This document shows positions 1-9,686 of a stretch of DNA of 64,000 nucleotides, piece after piece (within the stretch, counting starts at the first letter, position 1; every line of letters starts with the position of its first letter). The DNA is taken from the NCBI GenBank assembly GCA_965227295.1, contig OZ245742.1, positions 3,520,001-3,584,000 of the forward strand. The letters run 5' to 3'. Source of the stretch: Leptonemataceae bacterium. GTDB taxonomy: Bacteria > Spirochaetota > Leptospiria > Leptospirales > Leptonemataceae. Under the pieces are notes generated by a model. The model did not search any database, was not told the DNA's origin, and saw nothing but the letters and a program-made list of their open reading frames with translations. Position numbers and translations under genes: made by a program.

Positions 1-1
1 C

Positions 2-667
<666 letters not shown>

Positions 668-675
668 GTGCGCAA

Positions 676-894
676 CTATTTGCGCGGCCGAAGACCCAGG
701 GCGTACAGAATATTTGCCATGATGCAAAAACCGCTCAGCGCGAAGATGATCAGATTCACCCCGACGAGCGCCGTCAGGATGAGCCAGTAAGGACTCACGA
801 AGGCGGCCAGCACGGCGCTGGCGAGGGCGAAGACCCCCGCCACGAGCCAGATCACCCGTTCCAGATACCAGTTCTCGGTGTTTGCAAAGTACAT
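676..894 (-). CDS. Small membrane protein, DUF2892/YgaP-like
   Basis: 72 aa, two hydrophobic helices, ER..W..AG and GFC motifs; GGGAG RBS upstream. Confidence 0.75.
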   Translation of the reverse strand: MYFANTENWYLERVIWLVAGVFALASAVLAAFVSPYWLILTALVGVNLIIFALSGFCIMANILYALGLRPRK

Positions 895-993
895 ACGATT
901 GCTCCCTTTTTTTGTATACGATACCCCCTATGGTATTCGAGATCAAGCACAAAAATGCGCCTGGTCGGCAGCATGTTGCGGAAATGAAATGAT

Positions 994-1407
994 CTAGCGA
1001 AACTCCAGCGCGTCTCCGTCGAGGCCGGTCACTTTCCGGTAGTAGCAGGACGGCCGGGTCCGGCCGGCCGCGTCGCGGGTGTGGCAGACACCGCCCTCGC
1101 GCGGGCGGACCAGAAAGAGCAGGGAGTTCTGCTCGCAATTAACCCGGACCTCGACCAGGTCCAGGTAGTCACCGGACGTGGCGCCTTTGATCCAGAGTTC
1201 GCCGCGGGAGGTGCTCCAGAACGCGGCCACGCGGTGTTCAAACGAGTACTGCAGGGCCTCTTCATTGATATACGCGACGATGAGGACTTCCAGGGAATCG
1301 GCGTCCTGGACGACCACGGGGAGGACGTCGGCCCCGGCGCCCGCCGCCTTGCGGAGTTTTTGAAAGTCCAGCTTGAGTTCGCGGCCTTCTTCCAGTTCTT
1401 GACTCAT
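994..1407 (-). CDS. hisI: Phosphoribosyl-AMP cyclohydrolase
   Basis: FWSTSRGELWIKGATSG, NCEQNSLL, CHT...SCYY; start moved to MSQELEE (1407) because the longer ORF overlaps aroA. Confidence 0.92.
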   Translation of the reverse strand: MSQELEEGRELKLDFQKLRKAAGAGADVLPVVVQDADSLEVLIVAYINEEALQYSFEHRVAAFWSTSRGELWIKGATSGDYLDLVEVRVNCEQNSLLFLVRPREGGVCHTRDAAGRTRPSCYYRKVTGLDGDALEFR

Positions 1408-1459
1408 AAACGCCCTGCTGATTCCAATAGCACCGCCGATCCCTGACCGGCAACCCTTT

Positions 1460-2842
1460 ATGGCGAATCCATCCAACGACGATCTACATCTCCCTCGCTT
1501 TGACGGTTTCTCCGGCGAAGTGCGCTTGCCCGGCTCGAAAAGCATCGCCAACCGCGCGTTGCTCCTCGCGGCCCTGTCGCAGACTTCGCGGGACGGTTTG
1601 CATCTTACGAATCTTCCCATCGCCGACGACGTCCAGGTACTCATGCGCACGTTGCCGGCACTGGGTGTGCACGTCGAAGACGCGCCGGTGGAGATTGCGC
1701 TGGCCGCCGCCCCGGATGCCGCCCAGGACGCGCCGGCGCTTACGATCCGCGGAGCCGGGGGCCCGTTTCCCATTGCCTCGGCGAAGCTGAATCTCGACAA
1801 CGCCGGCACGGCCCTCCGCCCGCTCACGGCGGTGTTGTGCGCCGGCCAGGGAGACTACGTCATCGACGGGAATGAGCAGATGCGCCGCCGTCCCATCCGC
1901 GATCTTACCGAAGGCCTGGGGCAGCTCGGCGTGCAGATTGATTGCGCGCCGAACGGCGGGCCGCCCGTGCACATCCAGGCCAACGGGCTGCGGGGTGGTC
2001 GCATCCAGCTCTCCGGGCGTGTCTCCTCGCAGTACATCTCGGCCGTACTCATGGCGGCGCCGCTCGCCCGGGACGAGGACATCGTCCTCGAATTGCCGGA
2101 AGAGCCGGTAAGCAAACCTTACATCGACCTGACCATCGACATGATGAGTGACTTCGGCATTAGCGTCGAACGCGAAGGGTACATGCGCTATCGTGTGCCG
2201 CGCGGTGTGTATCGTTTGCGCAAGGCCTCCGGTCCGGCCGGGGCACAGTTCTATTCCGTGGAAGGCGACGCCAGTGCCGCCACGTACTTTCTGGCGGCCG
2301 GGTCGCTGCCCGGCTGCGGCCCCGTGGTGGTGCGCGGCGTCGATCGGCGTTCGCGTCAGGGCGATGCGGCCTTCGCGGATTTACTGAAAGAGATGGGGGC
2401 GTCGATTCGCTACGGCGACGGCTGGATCGAAGCACGCGGTCCGGAGGCGGGAACGAAGTTACGCGCTCTCGATCGTGACATGAACGATATGCCCGATGCG
2501 GCCATGACCCTGGCCGTGCTGGCGCTCTTCGCCGACGGAGAAACTCACATTCGTAACATTGCAAACCTGCGCGTCAAAGAAAGCGAACGCATCCGCGGCC
2601 TGCGCCTGGAACTGGAAAAACTCGGTGCCGCCGTCGTAGAAGAAGAGGACGCCCTGCACGTGAGCCCGCCGCAACAATGGCAGCCCGCGCGCATCGAAAC
2701 GTATCACGATCATCGCATGGCCATGGCCTTTGCCCTGGCGGCGTTCGGTACCGAAGTGAACATTGTGAATCCCGGTTGCGTTTCCAAAACATATGCCAGG
2801 TTCTTTGACGACTTCGTACCGCTCACGAAATCGCCGCGATAG
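1460..2842 (+). CDS. aroA: 3-phosphoshikimate 1-carboxyvinyltransferase (EPSP synthase)
   Basis: LPGSKSIANR, NAGTALR, SSQYIS, LRVKESERI, DHRMAM, CVSKTY motifs. Confidence 0.97.
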   Translation: MANPSNDDLHLPRFDGFSGEVRLPGSKSIANRALLLAALSQTSRDGLHLTNLPIADDVQVLMRTLPALGVHVEDAPVEIALAAAPDAAQDAPALTIRGAGGPFPIASAKLNLDNAGTALRPLTAVLCAGQGDYVIDGNEQMRRRPIRDLTEGLGQLGVQIDCAPNGGPPVHIQANGLRGGRIQLSGRVSSQYISAVLMAAPLARDEDIVLELPEEPVSKPYIDLTIDMMSDFGISVEREGYMRYRVPRGVYRLRKASGPAGAQFYSVEGDASAATYFLAAGSLPGCGPVVVRGVDRRSRQGDAAFADLLKEMGASIRYGDGWIEARGPEAGTKLRALDRDMNDMPDAAMTLAVLALFADGETHIRNIANLRVKESERIRGLRLELEKLGAAVVEEEDALHVSPPQQWQPARIETYHDHRMAMAFALAAFGTEVNIVNPGCVSKTYARFFDDFVPLTKSPR

Positions 2843-2860
2843 CCGTATAGACAAAGAGAC

Positions 2861-4624
2861 ATGCAATCCCACGGCGACTTTCTGCGCGATCTCGAAGAAA
2901 ACGAGAACGGCCACTTCTTGATTGATCATCAGGACGGGCGGGCGTGGTTGCGCGTGATTCCACCGGGCAAGAAGGGTCGGCCCGTCGCGTTGAAAGATGT
3001 GATGGCCCGCCTCGAACTCTTTCAACTGGAAGGCTACGACCCCCTGCACGTCGAAGAGATCGTCGAAGACGCCGACGCGGAGGCCCACGACATCTGCGCC
3101 TGGAAACTGCCGGACGCCGTGGACGCGCAGCTCACGGTGGACATCGACGAGGACGGGATGCAGGCCCATCTTACCGTCGAACCGCCCAGGCACGGCGGCC
3201 GGGCCGTGGATCGCGAGATGATCGAAACGGCGTTGCGGGAGGCCGGGGTCGTCTTCGGAGTGGACGAAGACATCGTCGCTTCCCTGGACGCGGGCACGTA
3301 CGCGGACCCGAATGCCGGCAGCCGGCGGCGGGATCCGGAGAACGACGCGCCGCGGAATTTTCCGCCGCTAAGTTCTAAGGAAAGAAAGTTACGTGTCCGC
3401 ATTGCCGCCGGTACTTCGCCGGCCCCTGGTCGATCGGGACGCATCGTGCATCGTTACGCGCTGCGCCCCCGGGCGGCTCCCGCCCGGCCTTCGGACGAAG
3501 AAGCGCGCGTGGACTTTCGCAAGCTCAACGTGATCCAGACCTGCAACGCGGGGGATCTGCTCGCCTCGGTCGAACCGCCGGCGGACGGCCGCTCCGGTCG
3601 GACTGTGACGGGGCGTGAGCTTGCTCCGCGGGCGGGGGAGAGTGCTGAACTCGTCGCGGGCAAGAATACGCGCCTGGAAGCCGCGCCGGCGGGGGAGCAG
3701 GCGCTCTACGCGGAGATGGCCGGGCAGGTGCGCATCAGCCCCGACAGCGATCGGCGCGCCCGCATCGACATCGAAGAGATCCTGGAGCTGGAGGCGGTGG
3801 ACTATTCCACGGGCCACATCGATTTTCCCGGTACCGTGCACGTGGCCGGCACCGTGCTCGACGGCTTCGAGGTCCGCGCGACCGGTGACATTCTGGTCGA
3901 GAAGACCATCGGCAACGTGCATCTGCGGGCGGGGGGCGACATCATCCTGGCGGGTGGAGCCTACTGCCGCGGCGAGGGCGCCATTGAAGCCGAGGGCGCG
4001 GTCTATGCGCGCTTCGTACAGGACGCCTTTTTGTATGCCGGCGAGGACGTGCTGATCGATGAGGCGGCCATCAACGCCAACCTGTCCGCCGGACGGGATA
4101 TTATACTGGAGGGCGGGCGCGGCGAGTTGATCGGCGGGAACAGCCTGGCCGGGCGCAGCATTCGAGCGAGTAAGATCGGCGCGCGGGCCGAGACGCCGAC
4201 GTACCTCACCGTCGGTGTTTCCCCGGACACCATGGCGAAGATCCGCGAGTTGGACCGCGAACATCTTGAGAAGCAGGCCACGTTGCGCCGGGTGGAGCGC
4301 CATCTGTTGCAGATCGACGAGGCGCGGAAACGCGGGCGGGAGCCGGACGAGGCCGGCCAGGAAGCCGAGCCGAAACTCCGGCACATCCTGGCGACCTACA
4401 CCGAAATCATTGCGAACCTGGAAGACCAGCGCCGGCTGCTTTCCGCGAACACCACGCCGAATCCGGCGGCGGGGGTGGAGGCCCGGGATATCGTCTATCC
4501 GGGCGTCGAGGTACACTTCGGTGCCGGGGTGCGCCGCTTTCGCGTCGAAGGCCGACCGGTAAACCGTTACTCCCGCTTCGTCCTGGAAGACGGCCGGATC
4601 CACCTGCGCCATTCTGATATATAA
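2861..4624 (+). CDS. FapA/DUF342 family protein
   Basis: VDYSTGHIDFPG, V.GTVLDGFEV.A.GDI.V beta-helix repeats, C-terminal coiled coil and IVYPGVEV. Confidence 0.85.
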   Translation: MQSHGDFLRDLEENENGHFLIDHQDGRAWLRVIPPGKKGRPVALKDVMARLELFQLEGYDPLHVEEIVEDADAEAHDICAWKLPDAVDAQLTVDIDEDGMQAHLTVEPPRHGGRAVDREMIETALREAGVVFGVDEDIVASLDAGTYADPNAGSRRRDPENDAPRNFPPLSSKERKLRVRIAAGTSPAPGRSGRIVHRYALRPRAAPARPSDEEARVDFRKLNVIQTCNAGDLLASVEPPADGRSGRTVTGRELAPRAGESAELVAGKNTRLEAAPAGEQALYAEMAGQVRISPDSDRRARIDIEEILELEAVDYSTGHIDFPGTVHVAGTVLDGFEVRATGDILVEKTIGNVHLRAGGDIILAGGAYCRGEGAIEAEGAVYARFVQDAFLYAGEDVLIDEAAINANLSAGRDIILEGGRGELIGGNSLAGRSIRASKIGARAETPTYLTVGVSPDTMAKIRELDREHLEKQATLRRVERHLLQIDEARKRGREPDEAGQEAEPKLRHILATYTEIIANLEDQRRLLSANTTPNPAAGVEARDIVYPGVEVHFGAGVRRFRVEGRPVNRYSRFVLEDGRIHLRHSDI

Positions 4625-4740
4625 AAGCATCGATGATATATTTCTATATCTGTAATAATATAGCGACTCCTGCCGGCCTGGGCTCTCCGGGCACTTCCGA
4701 AAAAAGACCAAAGCCGAAATCTATCAATTCTTGCGTTAGC

Positions 4741-4836
4741 GATCCGGAGGGTCGCGGAGCGAGTCTCGCGTAGCGAGACCGCAGCGAAGCGGAGCCCGGA
4801 GGAGCGCGGCCCGGAGCGCAGCGGAGGGAAACGCCC
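4741..4836. repeat. Dispersed intergenic palindromic repeat, copy A
   Basis: Shares blocks AGGGTCGCGG, GCGAGTC, GCGTAGC, GACCG, GGAGCCC and AGCGCGGCCCG(G)AGCGCAGC(G)GAGGGAnACGCCC in the same order with 52815-52922. Confidence 0.75.
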
Positions 4837-5091
4837 GGAGTATTTTTGCTGATTTCTGTCTTGTTTTGTAGTGTTTTTTGGCTTCTCTCCGCTCATGATC
4901 TGACCGGGCCGTCGCGGACTCCGGACGCTGCTGCCCCGCGGGCTGCGCCCTCTGAACTGCGGGCCGGCGTCGGGATCATGCGTATCCTTCGTGCGGGCCT
5001 GGCGCCTGCAGCCTGTCAAAATATGATATAGTGATCCCGCCCGCGTCGGCCCTGGTACGGCCTCTGCAACTACTGATTGTCGGAGGCCGTT

Positions 5092-5469
5092 ATGAAACTC
5101 ATTCGCTACATCATCATTCTGATCCTGTCTGCCGGGCTGGCCGCTGCTTCGTTGCAGGCCCAGAACCGGCAACAAGACCTCACGAGCCTGGAGGGAACGT
5201 GGGTTACCTACGCATGGAACGGGGAATCAGCTCCGGTGCGTTACGAGCTGGAAGTCCGCCGGGATGCGCTGCGTGTCGACGTTACCCTGCGTCGCCCGGG
5301 CCAGACGGCCCGAAGCTTTGAAGGCTATCTCAATCAGGGCGTCGGGGCTCTGCATGCCGGCGGTTTCCGGATGGAGCCCATCGATGCCGGCCGGTCCATC
5401 GTAGAACTGAACGACCCGGACTTCGGTCCCCGGGAGTTGGAGCTTGTCTTCTGGAAAGAGCAGATCTGA
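5092..5469 (+). CDS. Secreted hypothetical protein
   Basis: GGAGG RBS at 5082-5086, signal peptide MKLIRYIIILILSAGLAAASLQA, followed by a terminator. Confidence 0.75.
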   Translation: MKLIRYIIILILSAGLAAASLQAQNRQQDLTSLEGTWVTYAWNGESAPVRYELEVRRDALRVDVTLRRPGQTARSFEGYLNQGVGALHAGGFRMEPIDAGRSIVELNDPDFGPRELELVFWKEQI

Positions 5470-5497
5470 TCCTTGCAAGTTTGTGTGTTGTGGGAGC

Positions 5498-5526
5498 GCC
5501 GGGGCAAACTGCCCCGGCTTTTTTTT
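5498..5526 (+). terminator. Rho-independent terminator
   Basis: GCCGGGGCA-aac-TGCCCCGGC perfect 9-bp stem followed by T8. Confidence 0.9.
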
Positions 5527-5545
5527 GCGTAGATCCTGCGACATA

Positions 5546-5572
5546 TGAGAATCGAACTGAGAATCAGTATCG
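5546..5572. promoter_or_regulatory. Fur-like operator upstream of the porin gene
   Basis: TGAGAATC repeated at 12-bp spacing; CTGAGAATCAGTATCG (5557-5572) matches 9610-9625 at 15/16; resembles the 7-1-7 Fur-family inverted repeat. Confidence 0.6.
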
Positions 5573-5674
5573 TTTTGCGTTGACCGCCGACCTCGTATTG
5601 AATCTGTGTCTCAGTACAAATACAGGGCGTGAGCCCGTCTCGCACAGTTTAATACAGAGGAGCCTGTTTTTTAC

Positions 5675-7318
5675 ATGTTTGAATTTCTATCCGGTCGCGT
5701 GTTGTGCGGCCTGCGTTCTATAAGCACTGCCGCCGTCGTCGGCGGTGTGATCGTGTTCGGACCGTCGCTCTCGGCGCAAACCGAAGAGGGTGCGTTACCC
5801 GTGGAAGAACGTCTCCAGATTCTGGAAGAAGAACTGGAGAACGTGAAATTGGAAAAGGCCACGAAGCGTTATGAAAGCGTCGGCGGCCGCGGTCCTGCGG
5901 CGTCGGAAGTCTATCATTCCACCGAGGGGCTGACCTGGGGCGGTTACGGTGAAGTGAAGTACCGCGACTATCAGTCCAGCTTTCGTACCGACCAGGCGGA
6001 CGTACATCGTTTCATTCTCTACGCCGGTTATCGGTTTAACGATTGGATCGTACTCAACACCGAGATCGAGTACGAACATGCGGGTTTCGTGGAAGAAACC
6101 GTCGTGACCGACGTCGACTTCACGGACAACTCCACGTCCACCAGTACCGTCAATGAAGGCGAGGTCTTTGTGGAGTTTGCGTATCTCGACTTCGAGTTCT
6201 CGAAGGCTTTCCAGATGCAACTCGGTCTGAACCTGTTGCCCGTCGGTGTAACGAACTATCGCCACGAACCCACGACCTTCCTGGGCGTGGAACGGCCGCG
6301 CACCGAGTCGGACATTATCCCGTCCACCTGGCGCGAAATCGGCGCGATCTTTCACGGTGAGATCGGCGAGCTGTTCCTGTGGCGCGCCGGTGTCGTCAAC
6401 GGCCCGCGGGGCGTAAAGTTCAGTGAATCGTCCTGGATTCGCGGCGGTCGCACAAAGGGTTCGCTGTCGCGCGCACAGGACTTTGCTTACGTGGCAAGCC
6501 TCGACTTCGTCGGCGTGAACGGCATGACCGCCGGCGGTTCCTACTATCGCGGTGACTCCGGCCAGGGCGAAATCTCGAAGCTCGACTGGACGAATCGTTT
6601 TTCGAATCCTCTGGATTCCCTGAACGATCAGACGGGAATCGTGGACGCGCTGAATGAGATCGACGACAACCGCCTTGAGAACGCGCGCATTCGTGTTCAC
6701 ATTGCCGAGGGTCACCTCGAGTACAACGCCGGCCCGGTGATGTTTCGCGCTCTATATGCTCAGGGCTGGATGAACGAAGACGATGCCCGCGCCGTGAACG
6801 CCGCCACCGGCAAGAACATCGGTCAACGCGTCTCCGGCGGCTACGGTGAGCTGGGTTACAACATTCTGTCGTTCTTCGAAACCGCGCACAAACTGTATCC
6901 TTTCGTACGTTACGAGCGTTTGAATACGCAAGAAGAGACCGTACGTCGCTACGCCGGCGGAGAAGAGGACATCAACGACTTCGTCTGCGGCGTCGTGCTA
7001 CAGGGAACGTGCAAGGTCAGTGAAAGCGACGCGGCCACCCTGGCGGGTTACTCCACCATCAGCAATCGTCAGCTCGGGATCATCGAGAACTCGGACGCGC
7101 TGAAAGAAGCCTACGGCGTTCAGGGGACGGCCAATCGCGTGAACGATCGCCGCATTCTGACACTGGGCCTCGCGTACTACCCGCATCCTAACGTGGTCCT
7201 CAAGGGCGAGTACGAGCGCTGGGAATCAAAGACGGACTTCAGCGACGATATCGAAGGCCGCAACCCGTCAAATAACAAGATCGATCGGATCTCGTTTGCG
7301 GTGGGATTTATCTTTTAG
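5675..7318 (+). CDS. Outer-membrane beta-barrel porin (OprO/OprP-like superfamily) with N-terminal coiled coil
   Basis: Signal peptide, short coiled coil, WGGYGEV, RFILYAGYRFND..LNTEIEYEH, amphipathic strands, C-terminal aromatic BAM signature AVGFIF. Confidence 0.8.
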   Translation: MFEFLSGRVLCGLRSISTAAVVGGVIVFGPSLSAQTEEGALPVEERLQILEEELENVKLEKATKRYESVGGRGPAASEVYHSTEGLTWGGYGEVKYRDYQSSFRTDQADVHRFILYAGYRFNDWIVLNTEIEYEHAGFVEETVVTDVDFTDNSTSTSTVNEGEVFVEFAYLDFEFSKAFQMQLGLNLLPVGVTNYRHEPTTFLGVERPRTESDIIPSTWREIGAIFHGEIGELFLWRAGVVNGPRGVKFSESSWIRGGRTKGSLSRAQDFAYVASLDFVGVNGMTAGGSYYRGDSGQGEISKLDWTNRFSNPLDSLNDQTGIVDALNEIDDNRLENARIRVHIAEGHLEYNAGPVMFRALYAQGWMNEDDARAVNAATGKNIGQRVSGGYGELGYNILSFFETAHKLYPFVRYERLNTQEETVRRYAGGEEDINDFVCGVVLQGTCKVSESDAATLAGYSTISNRQLGIIENSDALKEAYGVQGTANRVNDRRILTLGLAYYPHPNVVLKGEYERWESKTDFSDDIEGRNPSNNKIDRISFAVGFIF

Positions 7319-7397
7319 GTTCGTTGTGCGGTGGTACGGGCGTCGTGTCCGTGCCGCCGCACGATCGGGGTCCGGGGGGCGTACGCGTAAGCCTTCG

Positions 7398-7991
7398 TCA
7401 CAGCCCCAGCTCCGTTTCGATAAATCGCCGGAAGTTTGCCAGGTTGCCGTCCGTCGCGAAGTAGTTCAGCGTACGTTGGGCTCCGATTATCTTAACATCC
7501 AGGCGTGAAGCCTTAAGCAACTCGCGCAGCACCGGCTCCGGGACGTGGTGCCAGTAGGCCGTCTCCGTAACCAGGCGTTCGCCGGCCTCGTCGCTGTAAG
7601 GCTTGCGTAGTTTTTCGCTGCCGTTCTGAGAATGCAGACGGAACTGCCGGCCGTCGATGGTGAGGATGAGGCTTTCGCCGGCTTTGATCTCGGCGGCTTC
7701 CAACTCGTGGATGCGCGCGTAGAACGAAATGACGGTTTCTTCGCTCTGTCGACCGCTTGCATCCGTGGAAAAGAGGATTGCCTTTTGTAGATTCAACTGT
7801 GCGCTGTAGACACCGAGTTCTCCCGGAAGTTCGAAGGAGCCGCCGAGATAGTTGTCCGTCATGCGCACGACGCGTTCGTTGTCTCCGGCGTAATTTTGCG
7901 TGGCATAGCGACTGAAGTAACTGCGGCACTGGAGGGCGCTGAGGCCGAGCAAACAGACAATGCTGAAGAGCCGGAGGGTGTTCCGTTTCAT
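7398..7991 (-). CDS. Hypothetical lipoprotein
   Basis: Start re-set to MKRNTLRLFSIVCLLGLSALQC (lipobox-like); ATGA overlap with upstream gene stop. Confidence 0.7.
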   Translation of the reverse strand: MKRNTLRLFSIVCLLGLSALQCRSYFSRYATQNYAGDNERVVRMTDNYLGGSFELPGELGVYSAQLNLQKAILFSTDASGRQSEETVISFYARIHELEAAEIKAGESLILTIDGRQFRLHSQNGSEKLRKPYSDEAGERLVTETAYWHHVPEPVLRELLKASRLDVKIIGAQRTLNYFATDGNLANFRRFIETELGL

Positions 7992-8506
7992 GACTTCCTC
8001 GCGAGAGAGTACCCCAGCAGCAGGGCGATGAAGGCAAACGAAAGGCCTTCGAAGAGTAGAAAGATCAGCGTGCGGAACAGCGGCCCGGCATACGGGATCG
8101 ACCAGACCACGAAACCGGAGAAGATTTCCAGACCCGCCGTCACGTAATACGCCGCGCACAGATACTCGAGCCAGGCGGCGGGCCGGCCGGACAGGGAACG
8201 CACGAGATGTGTGAGCAGAAAAACCGTGAGACCGTAGGCTGCAAGGTGGCCTACGGCTATCTTGAGCAGACCTTCGAAGGTGCGCGCCTGCAGAAAACGA
8301 TCCGGACGATCGGGATACGTTTCGAGCATTCGTTCCGAACCCAGGTAATACTCCAGGGTGGACGCGGGATGCAGGCCGATCTTCCAGGCGTAGAGTGCGA
8401 AGCCCGTCCCCAGTTGCAACACAACGAAGATCATAAAGAACATCAACAGCGGCCGGAAGTAGCGATGGTCGCCGGCCGGCGCCGCGGTGCTTGCATCGCG
8501 GTTCAC
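7988..8506 (-). CDS. 4-TM membrane protein with intramembrane histidines
   Basis: Four hydrophobic segments, GLHPA loop, GHL and THL in TM2; GTGA overlap with upstream gene. Confidence 0.75.
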   Translation of the reverse strand: MNRDASTAAPAGDHRYFRPLLMFFMIFVVLQLGTGFALYAWKIGLHPASTLEYYLGSERMLETYPDRPDRFLQARTFEGLLKIAVGHLAAYGLTVFLLTHLVRSLSGRPAAWLEYLCAAYYVTAGLEIFSGFVVWSIPYAGPLFRTLIFLLFEGLSFAFIALLLGYSLARKS

Positions 8507-9000
8507 GACGCACCGCCTTTCGGTGACTCGTAGAGTCGTAGCAGAATCAACGCGATGATCGTCAAACAGGTCGCATAAAACATGAGACCGGAGAGATATG
8601 CCGGCCAGGCGGCCGCGGCGGCGAAGAACGTGAGGGCGCGGGCCAGCGTAAAGAACAGCGCCGAAATCGAGAGCACGTAGATCAGCGCGAGTTTCGCACG
8701 TGACGGCAGGCGAATCTGATACAATACGGCGCCGAGAAAAAGATTCATGAGGCCGAAGAGAAACAGGTCGATGTGCAGGTCTTCGAGAATCGCGACGAAA
8801 CCCGGCGGCGGCGTACGGATCGAAAAGACCGCCCCCGGCTCGTGCAGATTTTGCGCAAAGGCCGCCGGGGTGAGGCCGGACGACTGCGTTTCACGTAATA
8901 GATGCGCCACCGTAAAGAGCGCCAGGAAAATCAGGGCGCAGGTGAGGATGGCCCGGGGACCGCGATCGCTGCGCAGAGAACCTGTAATCAGAAATTTCAA
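8503..9000 (-). CDS. 4-TM membrane protein, probable paralogue of 7988-8506
   Basis: Four hydrophobic segments, GLTPA loop, EDLHID motif entering TM2. Confidence 0.72.
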   Translation of the reverse strand: MKFLITGSLRSDRGPRAILTCALIFLALFTVAHLLRETQSSGLTPAAFAQNLHEPGAVFSIRTPPPGFVAILEDLHIDLFLFGLMNLFLGAVLYQIRLPSRAKLALIYVLSISALFFTLARALTFFAAAAAWPAYLSGLMFYATCLTIIALILLRLYESPKGGAS

Positions 9001-9028
9001 CGGTGCCTTAGTTTGATCTCAGCAAATG

Positions 9029-9568
9029 TTAACGGTCGGCGTAGTGTGCTTTGTACAGAAAGAGCACTTTGCGCACAGTGTTGCTGACCGCCCGCGTGGT
9101 CATGGTGGCGCCGGTAATGGCCGGCAGGTCCTTGCCGGGCAGCAGGGCGTGTTCCGTTGCGCGCTTGCCGCTGAACAGGGCCAGCCAACGATCCGGGGCC
9201 AGGTAATCTTCCGGTTCAAAGAAGGACACGACCCGCACGTTGCGAATGCTGCCGTCGGCGTTCAATGCAATGAAGAGCGTCTGATCCTTCGTGCGCACGC
9301 GATGGGTGTCGAAGGTGGCGTAGCCGGCTACCATGCCGCCGGTGCCGCGCGCCACGTAGAACGTATGAAAGCGACCGACGCGATCGAGGCCCGGTTGCTC
9401 CTCAATGAAGCGCTGCTGAGCTTTTGTAAGATACTTCGCCTGGCGCTCGATCTTTGCCTCGGGGAACTCCGCGTTCAGGGCCTGCTCCGGCAGCGTATAG
9501 ACGTGGGCCGCGAGACCCAGCGCCCCCGCACTCGCGAACAGAAAAACTGTGACGAGAATTCCCCGCAT
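9029..9568 (-). CDS. Exported FMN-binding domain protein (flavinylation motif)
   Basis: Signal peptide; C-terminal DLPAITGATMTTRAV contains the [S/T]GAT ApbE flavinylation motif; F.EP.DY motif. Confidence 0.85.
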   Translation of the reverse strand: MRGILVTVFLFASAGALGLAAHVYTLPEQALNAEFPEAKIERQAKYLTKAQQRFIEEQPGLDRVGRFHTFYVARGTGGMVAGYATFDTHRVRTKDQTLFIALNADGSIRNVRVVSFFEPEDYLAPDRWLALFSGKRATEHALLPGKDLPAITGATMTTRAVSNTVRKVLFLYKAHYADR

Positions 9569-9609
9569 AATACGTCAGTCTGAGTGAGCCCGATCGGCCG
9601 TCAATGATT

Positions 9610-9625
9610 CTGAGAATCAGTCTCG
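9610..9625. promoter_or_regulatory. Fur-like operator in the divergent FMN-binding/glutaredoxin intergenic region
   Basis: CTGAGAATCAGTCTCG, near-palindrome TGAGAnT-n-AnTCTC; 15/16 identical to 5557-5572. Confidence 0.6.
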
Positions 9626-9686
9626 CGGTTCGTAGCGGTCCCGGAAAACCGTTGCCCGCCAGTCCGCCGCGCCGGAAAACGCGAGG

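Noticed and set aside
3389..4711. 440-aa minus-strand ORF
   Set aside because: Antisense shadow of the FapA gene; expected in GC-rich DNA, no motifs.
5502..5510. GGCAAAC, as in c-di-GMP-I riboswitch (also near 41457)
   Set aside because: Lies in a simple hairpin loop; the GNRA stem and GCAAAG/CUAA elements are absent.
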